NCBI GenBank assembly: GCA_963847625.1
Contig: CAWKAR010000020.1
Span: 1-64,000 of the forward strand
Direction of reading: 5' to 3'
DNA from: a candidate division FCPU426 bacterium
Lineage (GTDB): Bacteria > Oederibacteriota > Muellerivitia > Muellerivitales > Muellerivitaceae
DNA: 64,000 nucleotides
The notes below the pieces were generated by a model. The model saw only the letters and a list, made by a program, of their open reading frames with translations, made no database searches and had not been told where the DNA came from. Positions 59,040 to 64,000 of this stretch are shown in pieces (position 1 is the first letter of the stretch; each line of letters begins with the position of its first letter). A program made the position numbers and the translations under genes.

Positions 59040-59200
59040 TTTTTACCATTTTTTATAAATGCAAATGAAAATCTACTTCTGGATTAGACATCAAAATATT
59101 ATTTCGATCTTCAAATGCTATTTTTTCTATTTGATTCGCGTTAATGTTTATTATCGGACTTCTGCCCGGGATGCCAGGCTTCGCCAAAACGTCCAAGTTA

Positions 59201-59476
59201 TTACCCTAAAACAGCTACCTTCAGGGCCTTCAGCACGCGGAACTTGACACCCTTCTTAGCCGGAACATTGACCTGTTCGCCGGTGCGGGGATTGCGGGCG
59301 ATACGGGCTTTCCGATCTTTGAGTTGAAACACGCCCAGGCCGTCCAGCTTGATTTTGTGTTCCGTTTTCAAGGTTTTATAAATTAAATTTTGAAGGGCCT
59401 CCATCACATTTTCAACTACTTTCTTCTTAAGACCGGTGCTATCCGCCAACGCAGCCAAAAATTCACTCTTGGTCAC
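59201..59476 (-). CDS. hup: HU-family DNA-binding protein
   Basis: MTKSEF...GLGVF....RKARIARNPRTGE...VPAKK..KF; GGAGG RBS. Confidence 0.93.
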   Translation of the reverse strand: MTKSEFLAALADSTGLKKKVVENVMEALQNLIYKTLKTEHKIKLDGLGVFQLKDRKARIARNPRTGEQVNVPAKKGVKFRVLKALKVAVLG

Positions 59477-59759
59477 AACACCACCTCCTGGAGATAAAAC
59501 TTAACTTGCGAATATTTACACTAAGAAATTATCAAGAATATTGGATTCCCCCATCATGCGCCTCCCGTTTATTTCCTTTAAGCGGGAAAATGGGTGCAAA
59601 AAGATACTCTTTTTCTCCGAATTTATTTAAAAGCAAGCATCTTCTCGGTAATTTCCATGAGCGTTTCCTCAAGATGAAATGCCGAGGATAATCCCCCGTT
59701 CGCATTTCCCCTTCTGCGAAAATCCTTAAAACGAGCTATTTGCGAACCACTGTCGCCAC

Positions 59760-60092
59760 TCAGGCTTTTGTTCCTTCTGTCGGATAACCCGCCTGATGCC
59801 ATTCCTCAATCCCACCCGAATAATTCTCCGCTTCGAAGCCCTTTTCCCGAAGGATCTTGGCGGCATTGGCGCTCGACGCGCTGGTAAAGTCGGTGCAATA
59901 GGTAATAATAAGCCTTTTTTTTCCATACAGTCTTTCAACTTCTTTGGCAAAAGCGCCGTAATCCTGTGTCAAAGGAAGATTGCGGGAACCTCGAATATGA
60001 AGTTTTTGAAACTCCCCTTCCGGAAGGACGTTCAACACCACAACATTGGCTTTTTCCATTTTTTCTAATAACGCTTCTTTCGTGTATGGCAT
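59760..60092 (-). CDS. Rhodanese-like domain protein
   Basis: EF..LHIRGS.NLP, IITYC, YSGGIEEW..AGYP. Confidence 0.88.
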   Translation of the reverse strand: MPYTKEALLEKMEKANVVVLNVLPEGEFQKLHIRGSRNLPLTQDYGAFAKEVERLYGKKRLIITYCTDFTSASSANAAKILREKGFEAENYSGGIEEWHQAGYPTEGTKA

Positions 60093-60435
60093 CGGCTTTT
60101 TCTTTCCTTTTTACAGTTCAAAGAGTATGGGCGATTTTAAAGGTAATAGATATAAAATAAACGACAAAAAAAGAGCGATTTTTGTTCGCTTACTGGATTA
60201 GTAATCGGAGAGGGGTTAAGGTGGGGTTGCTTGTTAAATTTTGACTTATCCGGCGGATGGGTGGGTAAGATTTCCTTCTCAAACTTCTGGATTTTAATAG
60301 TTGGATTATCCTTGCGGTATAGATGGCGTCACGCCAAAAGCCTCTGGGTTGAGGCCTCATGCCGAAACCCAAGTTGTGAGTGTGTTGGAGCCCCAAAAAG
60401 GCTCCAATGGGAAAGTCTTTCATAGGTATGAAAGT

Positions 60436-60942
60436 TTATTTTGATTTCGGTATTTGTTTCCTGGCCCCCATTTCCTTGAATGCCGCATCGTGAGTGGACA
60501 GGTGCACAATTCCTTCCAGTTCCCTGCTCATGCGTTCAGTCATATATTTTTCGCCTGTTTTTTCATCGTCCACATGAAGATAGTCCGCGATAAGGTACGG
60601 TGATTTATTCCGAATCCAGAATTCAAGGCCATTATCGAGAATACAGGTTGGCTTGGGATGTAGTTTGAGTACGTCTTCTTCCGAAAAACCAAGTCCTGTG
60701 TCGTATTTGAAGCCGATATCATCGAGCGTATACCATGTATTCGTGCGTTCATGGTGGAATTGTCCGGAGTTTGTAACATCCCACGTTAGATTTGCCATTC
60801 TTTCCCTTAGTCGCTTGAATAATTCCTCCCGGTTTCCCGGCACGACGTCCAATGCCTTATAAAAAGGCAGAAGCATAGGACTCGGAACTTTATGGGTGAA
60901 ACCCAGTATCCTTCCCGCGGTGACTGGTTTTTCAGGTGTCAT
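60436..60942 (-). CDS. Hypothetical protein
   Basis: Long ORF; likely start overlaps the stop of the upstream PilZ gene. Confidence 0.55.
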   Translation of the reverse strand: MTPEKPVTAGRILGFTHKVPSPMLLPFYKALDVVPGNREELFKRLRERMANLTWDVTNSGQFHHERTNTWYTLDDIGFKYDTGLGFSEEDVLKLHPKPTCILDNGLEFWIRNKSPYLIADYLHVDDEKTGEKYMTERMSRELEGIVHLSTHDAAFKEMGARKQIPKSK

Positions 60943-61294
60943 GGGTTTTATGGGAGAGATTTCGGACGGTTTTTTGGATTGACGTATCCGGCGCCATGAA
61001 ATGCACACCGCAATGGGTCTTTTGGACCCAGATGATTTTCGCGTAAATCTCGACGTTATCATCCTTTTCCACCTCAAAACTCAATTTGAGGATGGAACCA
61101 ACGCCGAAAGGTTTGGTAGTCTCCAGTTTCAATCCGCTTTCGCTGATGTTATGGCTTTGAGCCGGAATGACTTGATCCTGGACCTCGTAGATGTTTCCAG
61201 ATTTGGATGGAAGGACTTGATAAACTCGGACAGGTTTTTGAAATATAAAACGTTCAAAACGTCGTTTTTCCGGAAGATTTTCCATTCTCGACAA
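60932..61294 (-). CDS. PilZ-domain protein
   Basis: EKRRFER, NISESG, AKIIW...GVHF. Confidence 0.85.
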   Translation of the reverse strand: MSRMENLPEKRRFERFIFQKPVRVYQVLPSKSGNIYEVQDQVIPAQSHNISESGLKLETTKPFGVGSILKLSFEVEKDDNVEIYAKIIWVQKTHCGVHFMAPDTSIQKTVRNLSHKTHDT

Positions 61295-61648
61295 ACCTTT
61301 GTAACCGTTCTCATTAATACTTATTTATTTTACTAAGATAATTATAGGTGACTATCCCCTCACAGCATGTAAATAAGGAAACCTAAAAATCCAGCTTGAT
61401 TTTTAAAAATTATTCACGGTTACTTTAGTATACGGGTGTATGTTTTTAACATCTATATCTTGACAAACTAAAAACATTCACCCCTGTATTTAGACGACTT
61501 GAAACTTCCGTCCTGCTCTGTGTATCTTTTATTGAACCAAAAAACCTACACCCCTTCAATTTTTCGGGGTAAACTGGCTGTGTAACGAGGACGGGACGGC
61601 TTACTAAACTTTTTAAAAAATTTGCCGTTAGGAATAATGGAGAAATAA

Positions 61649-61918
61649 ATGGCTGAACCACGAGTTGTAAAAATTAAGTTAATGCCTACTGGGGAAGAAG
61701 TTAATGCCTATGATATTGGTGTTGCTGAATCGGTTGAAAAATGGAGTGAATTTACGCTTGAAGATGGAACTGTGCTTCGGATGAAAGTAACTCTTGGTGG
61801 GGCTCAACGTATTGTTGGTAGATATGAGCCAAATACAGGATTGCCTATGTATAACCTTAATGCTATGCCGCAAGTGATGATGGTTCATATACCGGAAGAA
61901 TTAAAAAAGAAAAATTAA
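61649..61918 (+). CDS. Cargo gene 1, small beta-rich hypothetical protein
   Basis: GGAG RBS; EKWSEFTLEDGTVLRMK...G.P.Y. Confidence 0.7.
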   Translation: MAEPRVVKIKLMPTGEEVNAYDIGVAESVEKWSEFTLEDGTVLRMKVTLGGAQRIVGRYEPNTGLPMYNLNAMPQVMMVHIPEELKKKN

Positions 61919-61930
61919 AGGAGAGCTAAA

Positions 61931-62449
61931 ATGACAACTCTCTGTTTAGAGAAAACTCCAAGCTCACAAAAAGAACGATTAATTCCGCAAGCACCACCAA
62001 TAGATTTTCAGAAAACCACTTTAATGCCGATGGTTGAACCATGGAAACAAAAGATTAATGATAATATAATAATAACCGCCGGTTTTATTGAACCAAGCAC
62101 CATCTCATCTAAACTTATTTACGAATTTTCCTTTAGTATTTTACCCGCCTCAGATCAACTCTTATTTGAAATGTTGGTTATTCAATGGAATCAAGAACGA
62201 GGAATAACCTCGTCTATAACAGAAATGGCCATGTGTCCTTCATACCAACGTATAATCGCAATGGGAGAAGGAAGAGCAGTTCCATTAATTTTGCGTCAAT
62301 TAGAAAAAGAGGGAGATGATCCAGATCATTGGTTTTGGGCTCTTCGATTTCTTACTGGAGAAAATCCAGTTCCTTCTGAATTTAGGGGGAATATGAAGAT
62401 AATGGCTAAAACGTGGCTCGAATGGGCTCGTGATCGTTATGATTGGTAG
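61931..62449 (+). CDS. Cargo gene 2, hypothetical protein with helical C-terminal domain
   Basis: AAGGAG RBS; W..E...SS...MAM.PSYQRIIAMG..AVPLIL..L...HWFWAL..LTGENP. Confidence 0.7.
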   Translation: MTTLCLEKTPSSQKERLIPQAPPIDFQKTTLMPMVEPWKQKINDNIIITAGFIEPSTISSKLIYEFSFSILPASDQLLFEMLVIQWNQERGITSSITEMAMCPSYQRIIAMGEGRAVPLILRQLEKEGDDPDHWFWALRFLTGENPVPSEFRGNMKIMAKTWLEWARDRYDW

Positions 62450-62879
62450 TTGGCCATCGGAAGAACTTCCAAAATTAAATGATAATAATTGCTTGGTAAC
62501 TAGTCCTAAAACCCGAGCATATAACTGTATCGGATGGGCGGCTGATGATTTTTGTAATTGGTGGTGGCCCAATGAAGAAGGTTATTGGCCTCCCGGTATT
62601 CCCGTAAAAGAGACTATAGAAGCATTTATTACGGCATTTGCCACAAGAGGCTATGAAAAATGTGATGATGGTAATCTTGAAGATGGTATTGAAAAGGTAG
62701 CTTTATTTATTGATGAAACAACAAATAAACCAACCCATGCGGCTCGTCAATTAGATAATGGCCATTGGACAAGTAAAATTGGACGTTTTGAAGATATAGT
62801 TCATACAACTCTTGAAGCAATTGATGGTTATGGAAAACCGATTCAGTTTCTTAAACGAAAACGAGGCGTTGCTTCATGA
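62430..62879 (+). CDS. Cargo gene 3, Cys-His protein (DUF7689-like)
   Basis: TSP...YNCIGWA...WWWP...YWP...PTHAARQL..G.WTSKIG..EDI.H; overlaps gene 2. Confidence 0.7.
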   Translation: MIVMIGSWPSEELPKLNDNNCLVTSPKTRAYNCIGWAADDFCNWWWPNEEGYWPPGIPVKETIEAFITAFATRGYEKCDDGNLEDGIEKVALFIDETTNKPTHAARQLDNGHWTSKIGRFEDIVHTTLEAIDGYGKPIQFLKRKRGVAS

Positions 62880-62909
62880 GTATTACTAAAGGACAATTTT
62901 TTAAGCTCA

Positions 62910-63797
62910 TCAAACAGGCCTCCCAGCCAGTTCAATCATGGGATGAAAAATCGGTATCTCGGAATTCCGCTTCCCATACCGATAAGAAAACTCATTCACA
63001 TAAGACTGTAAATGTTTCGGCGAAACGTTATGGTAAGTCCCGTTAATTGACCGCTTAAGCTGACTCCAAAACCCTTCAATCGTGTTGGTGTGCGCAATCC
63101 CTTTAACATATTGACCAGCGCCGTGATTTACCCTTCTGTGTTTATAGCCCTCTTTTCTAATAAGATCATAAGCATAGTATTCATCTGTCATTAATCTTGA
63201 ACCGAGTTTTACATTATGACGAATTAAAGGTGTAACCGTTGACCGTTGAGTATCGCCTACCACTTGAGCGATTATTTGTCCGTCTCTCTCAACCATTCCA
63301 AAAACAGGTGTTTTAGTCTTAAGGCTTCTTCCCTGATTGCCTTTAACTCTATTTCCGAAATGTTTGTTTTTGTCTTTGCCTCCGATATAAGTTTCATCGG
63401 CTTCGACATCGTTTTTAAGTTTCTTTTGAGTAGCGATACAAAGCATTCTCACATGATGTCCAATTCTCCAAGCGCATTTGTAACTAACGCCAAGCTGTCT
63501 TTGAAGTTCCTTGGCCGATACTCCATTTTTAGAATTGGAGAAAAGCCAAATAGCAAAGAACCAGCTTTTGAGTGAAGTTTCTGATTTGTGGAAAATGGTA
63601 TCAGCCAAAGGATGCAATTGATAACCGCACCACTGACACTCATAACATTTCCGGTCATTAACCTTATGAAACGTGGTAGCCTTTTTGCAGGAAGAGCATT
63701 CTTTTAGATTGCCATACCGATTTTGAAAGATAGACTCTAAACAAGTCTCATCATCCGGGAATTGTGCTTCAAACTGTTTGAATGTAAACTTTTCCAT
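62910..63797 (-). CDS. IS1595-family transposase
   Basis: Zn ribbon (CSSC...CQWC), HTH, EADETY, TDE, HTNTIEGFWS; AAGGAG RBS before ATG 63797. Confidence 0.95.
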   Translation of the reverse strand: MEKFTFKQFEAQFPDDETCLESIFQNRYGNLKECSSCKKATTFHKVNDRKCYECQWCGYQLHPLADTIFHKSETSLKSWFFAIWLFSNSKNGVSAKELQRQLGVSYKCAWRIGHHVRMLCIATQKKLKNDVEADETYIGGKDKNKHFGNRVKGNQGRSLKTKTPVFGMVERDGQIIAQVVGDTQRSTVTPLIRHNVKLGSRLMTDEYYAYDLIRKEGYKHRRVNHGAGQYVKGIAHTNTIEGFWSQLKRSINGTYHNVSPKHLQSYVNEFSYRYGKRNSEIPIFHPMIELAGRPV

Positions 63798-64000
63798 GAC
63801 GTTCTCCTTTTGATGACTATATATTACCAAAAAGAGTACATGTTGTCAAGGGATAGTCACCTAATTATATTAGGTAAACGAAGAACATAGCCTGAAAAAA
63901 TGATTCAGAAAAAAGCGCTTTTAATTCAGTTATTAGATGAGTAAGCCTGAAGGTGGGATTACTTGTCAAAGGACGACCCCGATGCATTCAATCGCCCTTG

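Larger units (their letters stand above)
61347..63861 (-). mobile_element. IS1595-family element with passenger genes (2515 bp)
   Basis: 25-bp imperfect IR GGTGACTATCCC(C/T)T(C/G)ACA(G/A)CATGTA at both ends; 8-bp TSD TAATTATA at 61339-61346 and 63862-63869. Confidence 0.92.

Overview
Bacterial accessory/mosaic region. The Thr/Pro-rich proteins with a FlgD-Ig-like C-terminus resemble those of candidate division FCPU426-type organisms, but that is an inference. Block 1 (0.2-8.4 kb, minus strand) is a metal-uptake operon: MacB/FtsX-type ABC pair, His-rich periplasmic protein, three DUF3299-like paralogs, outer-membrane barrel, ZnuA/ZnuB-like pair. Two His/CxxC leader ORFs in it end in RAPP/RSPP arrest-like motifs, and one is coupled to a hairpin that hides the next gene's RBS. 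Block 2 (8.7-11.5 kb) holds DUF6062, TPR and a 5'-truncated dynamin-like gene. Two near-identical IS21 copies (11504-14013, 53784-56293) lack target duplications and bracket about 40 kb. Block 3 (15-35 kb) is a sigma54-linked island: divergent flgK, flgD, flgE and a TIGR02530 gene with no other flagellar genes, three paralogous GT-A glycosyltransferase-like genes next to two mucin-like secreted proteins, an orphan MFP, and a ZraPSR-like kinase/NtrC/Spy set. Four of its sigma54 promoters share a roughly 40-bp upstream tandem motif. Block 4 (35-53 kb) is a decayed mobilisable element: a group II intron inserted in a terminator, ardC split by a RIT element, a hairpin-rich non-coding region, AbiE and RelE-type TA modules, Replic_Relax plus T4CP, and an excisionase-like HTH. 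Block 5 (56-64 kb) has XRE, PilZ, HU and rhodanese genes and an intact IS1595 element (8-bp TSD) carrying a three-gene cargo operon. No rRNA, tRNA or CRISPR array was seen. Family assignments come from motif recognition by eye; no searches were run.
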